NCBI GenBank assembly: GCA_963778865.1
Contig: CAVZWF010000006.1
Coordinates: 135,959-199,958 of the forward strand
Direction of reading: 5' to 3'
Length of the DNA stretch: 64,000 bases
From: an uncultured beta proteobacterium
GTDB taxonomy: Bacteria > Pseudomonadota > Gammaproteobacteria > Burkholderiales > SG8-41
Shown here: positions 49,594 to 58,340 of the stretch, piece by piece
Position numbering within the stretch: position 1 is the stretch's first letter
Layout: each line of letters starts with the position of its first letter
Position numbers and translations under genes: made by a program
The notes under the pieces: generated by a model
Databases searched by the model: none
What the model saw: only the letters and a program-made list of their open reading frames with translations
What the model was told of the DNA's origin: nothing

Positions 49594-51343
49594 TTATTTT
49601 CGGGACGGTATCACCGGCAGCAGCAGGTAAGCCGCGCGCTGCGGGCTGAAGTGCAGCTTGACCTTGTTGTGAAAAACTCGCCGGCGGGCGGTCGCGCGGA
49701 TCGTCGTGCAGAAACGGTCCGCAGCCGGTCAATTCGTTCTTGAAGTTCGAGAGCTTGCCGCCGCTGCCGCCGGGATAAACGTAATCCCTGCCGCGCACGG
49801 ATAGCGCGATGCGGCAGCCGGCCGGCACCACGATGGACGTCGGCCACAGTTCGATATCGAGTTCGACCACTTCATTGCGCTTTAACGGCTGCGGCTTGTC
49901 GTGCGTGTGATACGGCCGGTACGGAGTCGACAACTTGCGGTCGAGCTTGCGGTGGGATGCGCGCAACCAGCCCTGCGCGACCGGCGTGTGCGGATCGATC
50001 GCACCCTGGAACACGACCTCCTTCATGTCCGCCGAGAAAATGCGCAGCACCAGAAACAAATCCGCGTCGCGGGTCGAGGACGACACGAACAGCTTCGCCG
50101 CCGACGGCCCCGTGATCTCGGTTTCGTGCGGCAGCGGCGGCGAGACAAAGGTCACGCCGTCTCCCATTGCGTCGTATTCGACGCTCGCCGGCGCAAGCGG
50201 CGGCGCATCAGTGAGCGCGTGCACGGCGGGGTCGAGATAGAGTTTCGTCCAGCGCGTGCGCGCGAGCGGCCATTCGTTTTCATGACGCTCGACGAAACGG
50301 TCAACGTGGCGCACCTGCAATTGCACGCGCGGCTGCTTGGTTCCAGCCGTTCTTCTCGCCCTGCAGGAAATGCGCGAAGAAACGCTTTTGCAGATTCGAC
50401 GCCGTAATCGGTGTAGAAATGCGTCCAGTGCTCGATGCCGTGCGCTTCGAGCCATTTGTGTTTCGACGCCGCGCGCACGAAGCCCTCGAAATTGCCGCGC
50501 GGATGCAGCCCCTGCCCGCCCCAGTTCGCCGCCGACAGCAACGGCACCTTCACCTTGTCCCATTGCGGCGAGCGCGCCTTGTGATAACTGTCGTTGAGCG
50601 GATGCGCGAGTATCGCGTTGCCGAAGTCGCAGCGGTTCTTCGCGAGTCGATCCTCGCTCAACAGCTCGTCGCCGCACACAAGCTGTGCCGGTGACGCGGC
50701 TGCGCCGCCCTTTCTCGCCGCACCCGTATTGCACGGTCTTCACCTGCATGTCGTACCAGTTGTCCCAGAACGTCGAGAGGATGCCGCCGTGGTGCGTCAT
50801 GTCGCGGTACCAGTCCGCCGCGCCCTCCCAGATGCACATCGCGGCGAGATGCGGCGGCTGCAATGATGCGACGTGCCACTGGTTGATGCCGTAATAGGAA
50901 ATGCCGTTCAAGCCGACCTTGCCGTTCGACCACGCCTGCACGCCGGCCCATTCGATGCAGTCGTGGAAATCCTGCGTCTCGCGCGGCGAGAAGTGGTCGA
51001 TGTAGCCGGGCGAGCGGCCGGTGCCGCGCGAATCGACGCGCACCACCGCGTAACCGTCAGGCACCCATTTCTCGGGATCGACGACTTCCCAGTTCTGGTA
51101 TTTGTTCGACGAGCCGGCGGCGACGTCGGGATGCGTCTCGACCATGCGCCGCCACGCGCTCGGATAGCCGTCCTCGAAATGCAGCCCCTTGGCGTAGGGG
51201 CCGTAGCTCAGGATCACCGGGTATTTGCCGGCGGCCGGCGGCCGGAACACGTCGGCGCGCAGCACGAGGCCGTCGTCCATCGCGATCGCCACGTCCCACT
51301 CGATGCGCATGCCGTCGCGGATTTCGCTGACTGGCGATCCCAT
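49594..51343 (-). pseudogene. CocE/NonD family hydrolase (X-Pro dipeptidyl-peptidase S15 fold), at least 3 frameshifts
   Basis: ATG 51343 (MGSPVSEIRDGMRIEWDVAIAMDDGLVLRADVFRP..VDSRGTGRSPG..GLNGISYYG). Pieces 49403..51445 and 50152..50679. A shifted last frame gives VFHNKVKLHFSPQRAAYLLLPVIPSRK* ending at TAA 49594-49596. Confidence 0.75.
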
Positions 51344-51456
51344 TTCCTCTCCCCTCACGTGCTGCAGTGCAGGCTGCGAAACTGTTATATTTGCGGCTCG
51401 CCAGTTTGACGCGACGCCAGCACGCGTGTCAACTTCGGCGCTCAACTTAATGGGAG

Positions 51457-52352
51457 ATGCAATTGAAAATCGGAATTGTCGGCATCGGCAAGATGGGTTC
51501 CGCGATCGCGGCGCGGCTCGCGGGCCTCGGCCATGAAGTGACCGTCTGGAACCGCACCGCGGCCAAGGCGCAGGCGCTCGCGCAGGCCGGCGCCAAAGTC
51601 GCCGCCACGCCGCGCGAACTCGCGAGCGGCGCGGAAATCATCATCAGCATATTGACGAACGCCGCGGCGATCGACGCCGCGTACGACGGCAAGGACGGAC
51701 TGCTCGCGGGCGATATCAAGGGCAAATTGTTCATCGAAATGAGCACGGTGCGGCCCGTCACCGAAAAAGCGCTGGCCGCCAAAATCGCCGCGAAAAACGC
51801 CGCCCTGATCGACTGCCCGGTCGGCGGCACGGTGGGACCTGCGCGCGACGGCAAATTGTTCGGCTTCGTCGGCGGCGACGCCGGCGGACGTCGCGCGCGC
51901 GAAACCGCTGCTCGACCAGATGTGCCGCCGCGTCGAACACGTCGGCCCCGTGGGTGCCGGCGCCAGCATGAAACTCGCGATCAACCTGCCGCTGCTCGTC
52001 TACTGGCAGGCGCTGGGCGAAGCGCTGCTCCTGTGCAAGCCGCTGGGCCTCGATCCGGCGCGCGTGATGGACATCCTCGCCGACACGTCCGGCGCGCCCA
52101 GCGTGCTGAAGGTGCGCGGGCCCGTGATCGCCGCCGCGCTTAGCGGCAAGGACACCGGCACGATCACGTTCGACATCGATTCGCTGCGCAAGGACCTGCA
52201 AACGATGATCGAGGAAGCGCAATCGCTCGGCGGCACGCTGCCGGTCACCGCAAGCGCGCTCGCAATGCTTCGACGAAGCCTCGCGCGCGGGGCTCGGCAA
52301 AGGCGATGCGACGCTGCTGCCGGTGCGCTGGGCGAAGTCGGCCAAGCACTGA
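51457..52352 (+). pseudogene. NAD(P)-dependent 3-hydroxyisobutyrate / 6-phosphogluconate dehydrogenase-like oxidoreductase, at least 2 frameshifts
   Basis: MQLKIGIVGIGKMGSAIAARLAGLGHEVTVWNRT (Rossmann fold). 51920..52369 gives ..GAGASMKLAINLPL... The last frame ..QCFDEASRAGLGKGDATLLPVRWAKSAKH* ends at TGA 52350-52352. Confidence 0.75.
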
Positions 52353-52387
52353 TGCTTGTTTTGTTTTAACACCAGAGAGGAGACATC

Positions 52388-53032
52388 ATGATTTACGAAG
52401 TGAGAACGTACGATTTGAAGCCGAGTTCACTGCCCGAAGTCGAAAAGCGGTTCGGCGAAGCCTACGAGCACCGCAAAAAACATTCGCCGCTCGTTCGCGT
52501 TCTGGCACACCGAGATCGGCCCGCTGAACCAGATCATCCACGTGTGGGGCTACAAGGACCTCGCGGAACGCACGCGCATCCGCGCCGAAGCGGTGAAAGA
52601 CGGCACCTGGCCGCCGAAGACCGCGGAGTTCATCGTCAACATGCGCTCGGAAATCATGATTCCGTTTTCGTTTTCGCCGGAACGTGAAGCCCGGCAAGAT
52701 GGGGCCCTACTACGAAATGCGCATTTATACGCTGGCCAACGGCGCGCAATTTCCCAAGCTGCAGGCGCTGTGGGAAAAAGGCCTGCCGGAGCGCGCCAAG
52801 ATCAGCCCGCTGTGCGCGGCGTGGCATTCCGAACTCGGCGTGCTCAACCAGTTCATCCACATCTGGCCGTACAAGTCGGTCGACGAGCGCAATGCGACGC
52901 GCGACAAGGCGAAAGCCACCGGCATGTGGCCGCCGTCGGCTGCTCGCCAAGAAGACCGGCCTGCCCGGCTACGAAATCATCAAGCAGGAAAACAAGATCC
53001 TGATGCCGTCGGCGTTTTCGCCCCTCCAGTAA
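52388..53032 (+). pseudogene. tandem NIPSNAP-domain protein, 3 frameshifts (net in frame)
   Basis: Repeat 1 is MIYEVRTYDLKP...EIGPLNQIIHVWGYKDLAERTRIRAEA. Repeat 2 is YYEMRIYTLANG...ELGVLNQFIHIWPYKSVDERNATRDKA. The pieces are 52388.., 52542.. and 52684.., and the end returns to the first frame (..ILMPSAFSPLQ*, TAA 53030-53032). Confidence 0.7.
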
Positions 53033-53075
53033 ACGCGCAGCGCTATCTTCATCCTCCCCTTCCAGTCTTAGCACC

Positions 53076-53182
53076 CATTTCGCGAGTGCGAAATGCTCAA
53101 CGCGTCCTTCCCCTGTGAAGGGGGAAGGATTGAGGATGGGGGCAAGGGAGGACCGAGGTGGGGATGGGTACTCACCTCGGTC
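53076..53182. repeat. cluster of three consecutive hairpins (compound REP-like element) at the boundary of a low-GC islet
   Basis: CATTTCGC/GCGAAATG (53076-53095), TCCTTCCCC/GGGGAAGGA (53105-53129) and GACCGAGGTG/CACCTCGGTC (53151-53182). Confidence 0.55.
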
Positions 53183-53309
53183 CCCATAGTTTCCGCATCG
53201 GAACTTACTTAGCCCTACGAGACATTGAGAATTTCGGTAGAATTCACCTGTCGAAGCTTGTATCAGTCCGATTGTGACACTGGCCTTGGGCAAGACAGCA
53301 GGGGGCAAG

Positions 53310-53864
53310 ATGTTTAACGAGCGCAGAGTAGCTCAAATGGCGGCGTACATTCTCGACGGCGCCAAAGGCCGCATGAAGTATCTGAGGCTGATGAAGCTTC
53401 TCTATCTCGCGGATCGAGAATCAATGAAGCGTAACGGGCATCCAATTTCGGGTGATCGTTATGTTTCCATGGAGCACGGCCCCGTACTTTCTCACACGCT
53501 GAACCTCATCAATGGCGCAGTCAAGTTTCAGGAGCATGGCTGGGACTACTGGATCGCCGATAAGGCTGATTATGCGATATCACTTAAACGCAAAGTATCG
53601 CGTGAGGCGCTCGACGAGTTGAGCGATGCCGATATCGATGTGCTTGATGACGTTCTTGCTAAATTCGGCAAGACAGATCAATGGAAGTTGGTCGACTACA
53701 CGCATCGCTACTGCCGCGAGTGGAAGGACCCAAAGGGTTCCTCGGTTGCAATCGAATACGAAACCATATTCATAGCGCTCGGACGCAAGCCTGCTGAAGC
53801 AAGGAAAATGGCTGCGCGCGTCGAGCATCAACGAGGCATCGACAGAGTTTTTGCCGGTTTGTGA
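53310..53864 (+). CDS. DUF4065 / Panacea-domain protein (PanA / SocA-like antitoxin family)
   Basis: ATG 53310. MFNERRVAQMAAYILDGAKGRMKYLRLMKLLYLADRESMKRNGHPISGDRYVSMEHGPVLSHT is the characteristic DUF4065 N-terminal pattern. Low GC, intact, with a 4-nt GTGA overlap onto the next ORF. Confidence 0.8.
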   Translation: MFNERRVAQMAAYILDGAKGRMKYLRLMKLLYLADRESMKRNGHPISGDRYVSMEHGPVLSHTLNLINGAVKFQEHGWDYWIADKADYAISLKRKVSREALDELSDADIDVLDDVLAKFGKTDQWKLVDYTHRYCREWKDPKGSSVAIEYETIFIALGRKPAEARKMAARVEHQRGIDRVFAGL

Positions 53865-54295
53865 AGCTGTTCCTGCCGTTCCGGAGGGCGACACTGCTCG
53901 TTCCGTCAGGCCCGGCACACGACCCCGACCAGAAGCATCTTTTCATCGTTCTCAACGACCCCGCCGCAGTACTCGACTATGACGAGAAGCATTCCCTGCT
54001 CGTCGGCGTCACAACTATTCATACCGGAATCCCCCACGATCCAGCATGCGAGCTTCACGCGGGCGATCACCCCTTTATTCGACACAAAAGCTATGCAGAT
54101 TACGCCCGCGCGCGTATAGAACCATCACGAAAAATAATTGACGGCGTAAAGAAGGGAATTTTTTCCGCCCAGCCGTTGCTTGACGAAAAACTGTTCGCGC
54201 ATGTCTGCCGTGGTATTGCGCAATCCCGTTTCGTTGCGCTGAAGGTTCGGTCGTTCTACGAGGCAGTCCAAAAAGCGAAGGCGGACGAGAGTTAG
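53861..54295 (+). CDS. hypothetical 144-aa protein, candidate toxin partner of the Panacea-domain protein
   Basis: GTG 53861 overlaps the upstream stop. Intact, low GC. The pattern RRATLLVPSGP..KHLFIVLNDP..LLVGVTTIH..HPFIRHKSYADYARARI is loosely MazF/PemK-like (my impression only). Confidence 0.5.
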   Translation: MKLFLPFRRATLLVPSGPAHDPDQKHLFIVLNDPAAVLDYDEKHSLLVGVTTIHTGIPHDPACELHAGDHPFIRHKSYADYARARIEPSRKIIDGVKKGIFSAQPLLDEKLFAHVCRGIAQSRFVALKVRSFYEAVQKAKADES

Positions 54296-54461
54296 CGGGT
54301 CTTCGGCGCGCAGTTTAAGGAAATCACGGCAAGAACAATCCATTCCCGGGCCGTCGACAATCCGCATACGAAATTTCACGTCGCGGTCGGGGTCACGCAA
54401 CTGGTCAATCATAGCTTGAGCAAAGGCATTCATATTGTGGCGGAACTAGTGTGCCTACCCG

Positions 54462-54791
54462 TTACTTCGCATCAAGACCCCAAAAAATTGCGAGCTTGTT
54501 CATCACGTCCCTGTACCAAAATCCTCTGCCATTCATGTCGGAGCGTGGCGGTCCGCCGGTATGCTTGTATTCCTGCCAGAGGTGATTGAGCGTCTTGTCA
54601 TCTGCAAAGACTTCGCCCGAGTCAACGTCATCCGCTTTGTGTATTGCACGTAAGCGAGTAAGCACCCTACCAATGGTGACTTGAAAGCGGAGTCCTGGCG
54701 CAAGGTAGAGCCCGATAAACAGCAGTGTGAGCGCGGCCAGAAATGCCGCGATGACAAGGACCTGTAGCGGAAGTGTCGCAATGTAAGTCAT
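54462..54791 (-). CDS. hypothetical membrane protein
   Basis: 109-aa ORF with one clear TM helix (LPLQVLVIAAFLAALTLLFIGLYL), low GC. No family recognised. Confidence 0.45.
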   Translation of the reverse strand: MTYIATLPLQVLVIAAFLAALTLLFIGLYLAPGLRFQVTIGRVLTRLRAIHKADDVDSGEVFADDKTLNHLWQEYKHTGGPPRSDMNGRGFWYRDVMNKLAIFWGLDAK

Positions 54792-54976
54792 GGGGCTTCA
54801 GCCAAGAAAACGGTCAAAGGGCTCAAGTTTAAACCACCAGAATCGCCAGAGTCGGCCTCAATCTTCGAACGTTTACACCACGATCCAGAAAGTAAGTTAT
54901 CGCAGTAATGTGGAGCGTTTTTGTGTTAACACGTATATTGGACGTGAGATGTACGAGCTGGGATGACCACTAGCGT

Positions 54977-56612
54977 TTAGCCATCCTCGCCGGGCCTGAA
55001 CTTGGTTTCAGGCTTGATGCCCTTCTTCCGCTGCTTTTCGCTGATGCGGCCGTTCTCCAGATACTGGCCGGTGGCGGCGCGCCTCGCGGCGGCGTCCCAT
55101 TGCGGCAGCCAGTCGCCGAGCGAGTAGCCGAACCACGGCGCCTGCGGGCGCAGCGCGGGCAGCCCCAAGCGCTCCCAGATTTTTTTCGCGCGCTCCATGT
55201 ATTCCTGCGTCGGCAGTGCCAGCGGCGGCATGTCGCCTTTCATCGTCGCGTCCATCAGGAGCGTGGAATCTTCCTCGTGCTCGCTCTCGCGCTTCGGTCC
55301 GTGGCCCTGGCCGCGGTGCGGCAGCGTGCGCACGTCCTCGACCGGGTTCATGCGGTACGCCATCGCCCACAGCAGCGCGTTCGCGTTGTCGGGATCGATG
55401 TCGTCGTTGACCGCGATGCAGATCTTGCCGCAGTCGCCCTTGAAAAACGCGGCGCCTTCGAGCGCGCGCCAGATTTCCGTGCGCGGCGTGCCTTTCTCGA
55501 CCGTGACGAGCGTGACGCGCAACAGGCCCGTCAGCGGCTCGTGCAGCGACACGCGCTTGACGCCGCGGATGCCGAGCGTGCCGCGCAGATGCGCGAGAAA
55601 CAGCGGCTCGTAGGCGACGCGCTTGATCACGCTCGACTCGCTCGGCGCGACCTGGCTGATGTACGACGGAATCACCGGATTCTTGCGATGCGTGATCGCG
55701 GTCACGCGCATCGGCATGTTGTATTCCTCGAGCGCGACGTGGCCGTGCGATTCGCCGAACGGCGCTTCGGGCTCGACGTATTCGGTGTCGATGAAGCCTT
55801 CGATCACGATCTCGGCCTCGGCCGGCACCAGCAGATCGACGGTCTTCGCTTTGACGACATTGATCGGCGCGCCGGCAAGTCCGCCCGCGACGTCGAATTC
55901 ATCGACGTCGATCGGCAGCTTCTGCGGCCCCATGAACGCGACGTACGGCGGGCAGCCGAGCACGATCGCGCACGGCATGGTCTTGTCGCCGCGCTTCTGA
56001 TGCTTCAGGTAATGCTGGTAGCCGCCGGCGCCGCCGACGCGCGTCGCCATGCGCACGACCAGCCGGTCAGGCGCTTTCAGCGCCGCGCGGTACGTGCCCA
56101 TGTTCTGCACGAGGCTCTCGGGATCGCGCGTGATGACGTTGGTCGCGGTCAGCGTCGGCGCGCTGTCGAAGCCCGGTGTCGAAACCGGGATCGGCAGCAT
56201 GTCGAGGCCGTTGCCTTCGCCCTGCAGCGCCGCGCCTTCGATCACCACTTCGTGGCACGCCGCCGCGGTGACTATGCGCGGACGCACCGGATGCGCGAGC
56301 GCGTGGTCCCACTTCGCCTGGATTTCCTCGACCGGCACGCCCATGCCGATGCTGTAGATCGCGCGGTTGGCCGCGATCGCGCCGACCACCACCGGCATCG
56401 CATAGCGGCGGCCGCGCGCGTTGACGATATTCGTGAACAGAAAAGCCTTGCGCTCGGCTTCCTCGATCCCGCCGACGAACTGCCAGCGCACCAGCGCGTG
56501 CAGCTCGGCGTCCTTGTCGATCGGCTCGTCTATCGTCAGCAGCAGCCCGCTGCGCTTTCAGCGCGTCGAGATGCGCGTGCAGATCGGGATAGCCGCGCGA
56601 GGCGTCGGTCAT
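54977..56612 (-). pseudogene. UbiD-family (prenylated-FMN-dependent) decarboxylase, one frameshift about 56545
   Basis: ATG 56612 (MTDASRGYPDLHAHLDALKAQR, track 56067..56612), then the long intact frame 54977..56491 (..LVRWQFVGGIEEAERKAFLFTNIV..GTYR..ESHGHVALEEY..). Confidence 0.85.
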
Positions 56613-56682
56613 GTGAATTTTGCTCCGGAAAGCTGTGACATAATGAAACTTCTGCGATGCGAGATTTTAGGCTAAAAAGCAT

Positions 56683-56817
56683 TTAGCCAGCAGAGCTCAC
56701 AGATTGGACACAGAGAGAATCCGGACGAACCGCATGATAGTCCAAGACGGCGAACGTCGGACTAGATGGGCAGCATTGATTTCTATCTGTGTTTCATCTG
56801 CGCGCATCTGCGGCTAC
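56683..56817. repeat. inverted-repeat element, GCAGATAAAC family, with degenerate left arm
   Basis: Right arm GATTTCTATCTGTGTTTCATCTGCGCGCATCTGCGGCTAC. The left arm TTAGCCAGCAGAGCTCACAGATTGGACACAGAGAGAATC aligns to its reverse complement with several mismatches. Confidence 0.6.
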
Positions 56818-56849
56818 TGTGGCTAACGCTTTTGCGAAGGTTGAGCACT

Positions 56850-57729
56850 TTGAAATCAGCCCCCTTCGATTACGTGCGCGCCGCATCGGTGGCCGAGGCG
56901 TGCGAACTGCTGCGGCAGGACGGCGACGACGTGAAGCTGATCGCCGGCGGACAGAGCCTGACGCCGATGATGGCGATGCGCCTCACGCGGCCGTCGCGCC
57001 TCGTCGACATCAACGAAATCGCCGCGCTGAAGTTCATCGCGCTCGAAAACGATGCCGCGCGCATCGGCGCGTGCACGCGGCAATGCGTCGTCGCGCGCGA
57101 CGACGCGCTCGCCGCGCGCGTGCCGCTGCTGCGCCGGGCGCTCGCGTGGGTCGGCCACGCGCAGACGCGCAACCGCGGCACGCTCGGCGGCAGCCTCGCG
57201 CACGCCGACCCGGCCGCCGAACTGCCGCTCGCGGCGCAAGTGCTCGGCGCGCGCATGGTGATACGTTCGGCGCAAGGCACGCGCACCCTGCCCGCAGCCG
57301 AATTCTTCGTCGGCCCGCTGACGACCGCGCTCGAGGCGCAGGAATGTCTCGAGGAAATCCACTGGCCGGTGTGGCCCGAGCGCCGCACCGGGTGCGCGTT
57401 CACCGAAGTCAGCCGCCGGCACGGCGATTTCGCCATCATCGAAGCGTGCGCGCAGATCGCGCTGGACGACGACGGGCGTTGCACGCGCGCGAGTTTCGGT
57501 CTGGGCGGCGGCGGCACGATACCGCTCGCATTTCCCGCGCTTGCCGCACGCCTCAATGGCACGCGGCTCGAAGACGCGGTCGTGGCAGAACGTTGCGCGC
57601 GACGCGGCAGCCGAACTCGATCCGGGCGGCGATCTGCACGCGAGCGCCGGCTATCGCAAGCACCTCGCCGCGGTGCTCGCCGCGCGCGTGCTGCGCGCGG
57701 CTTACGACGAAGCGCGGAGCAAACCGTGA
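56850..57729 (+). pseudogene. molybdenum hydroxylase FAD-binding medium subunit (CoxM-like), cluster 2, one frameshift about 57590
   Basis: TTG start about 56850 ((M)KSAPFDYVRAASVAEACELLRQDGDDVKLIAGGQSL..RNRGTLGGSLAHADPAAELP..). The tail in 57541..57729 (..DLHASAGYRKHLAAVLAARVL..SKP*) overlaps the next gene's start (GTGA). Confidence 0.8.
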
Positions 57730-58238
57730 GCGAAAAGCTGCACGCGGTCACGGTTGAAGTCAACGGCGTGCGCCGCACGGCGCAGGTGCCCGCGCGCCTG
57801 TCGCTCGTCGATTGGCTGCGCGACGAACTGCGGCTCACCGGCACGCACGTCGGCTGCGAGCACGGCATCTGCGGCGCGTGCTCGGTGCTGCTCGACGGCG
57901 AGCCGGTGCGTTCCTGCCTGATGTTCGCCGTGCAGGCCGACGGCCACCGCGTGACCACCGTGGAAGGCCTCGCCAATGCCGACGGCTCGCCGAGCGTATT
58001 GCAGGACAGCTTCTGCCACACGCACGCGCTGCAGTGCGGCTACTGCACGCCGGGCATGCTGATCGCCGCGCAGGCACTGCTGACCGCCGTGCCGCAACCG
58101 ACCGACGCCGAGATACGCGAAGCGATCGGCGGCAATCTGTGCCGCTGCACCGGCTACCAGCAGATCGTCGATGCGGTCAAACACGCCGCCGCGCGGCTCG
58201 CAAACGACAATTCATCAGCCGCAGATAAACGCAGATGA
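57726..58238 (+). CDS. molybdenum hydroxylase [2Fe-2S] small subunit (CoxS-like), cluster 2
   Basis: GTG 57726 (VSEKLHAVTVEVNG..). GCEHGICGACSV and CGYCTPGM motifs. The C-terminal AADKRR* and stop codon lie inside repeat 58217-58316. Confidence 0.9.
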   Translation: MSEKLHAVTVEVNGVRRTAQVPARLSLVDWLRDELRLTGTHVGCEHGICGACSVLLDGEPVRSCLMFAVQADGHRVTTVEGLANADGSPSVLQDSFCHTHALQCGYCTPGMLIAAQALLTAVPQPTDAEIREAIGGNLCRCTGYQQIVDAVKHAAARLANDNSSAADKRR

Positions 58239-58316
58239 ACGCAGATAGATTCAAAACGGCCGAAGCATCATCGAATTGGTTTTTCATCCGCGTTTATCTG
58301 CGTGTATCTGCGGCAA
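58217..58316. repeat. inverted-repeat element, GCAGATAAAC family, copy in the S-L intergenic region of cluster 2
   Basis: Left arm CAGCCGCAGATAAACGCAGATGAACGCAGATAGATTC (three ~10-nt units), right arm TTTTCATCCGCGTTTATCTGCGTGTATCTGCGGCAA. Confidence 0.75.
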
Positions 58317-58340
58317 ATCGCTTTTGCATTAGTCTTTAAT

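Noticed and set aside
54125-54433. 102-aa minus-strand ORF overlapping the 3-prime end of the candidate toxin gene.
   Set aside because: About 170 nt of it are antisense to the well-supported 53861-54295 ORF, and it has no motif or RBS support. The non-overlapping 46 codons might be a gene remnant, but I cannot support that.
54462-54791. Idea that the small membrane protein is an N-terminal remnant of a MotA/ZorA-like defence protein (LNHLWQEYKHT resembles a motif I vaguely recall).
   Set aside because: It rests on memory of one short motif. The ORF has its own stop and only one TM helix, and no ZorB-like or other defence partner is present. Kept as a hypothetical membrane protein.
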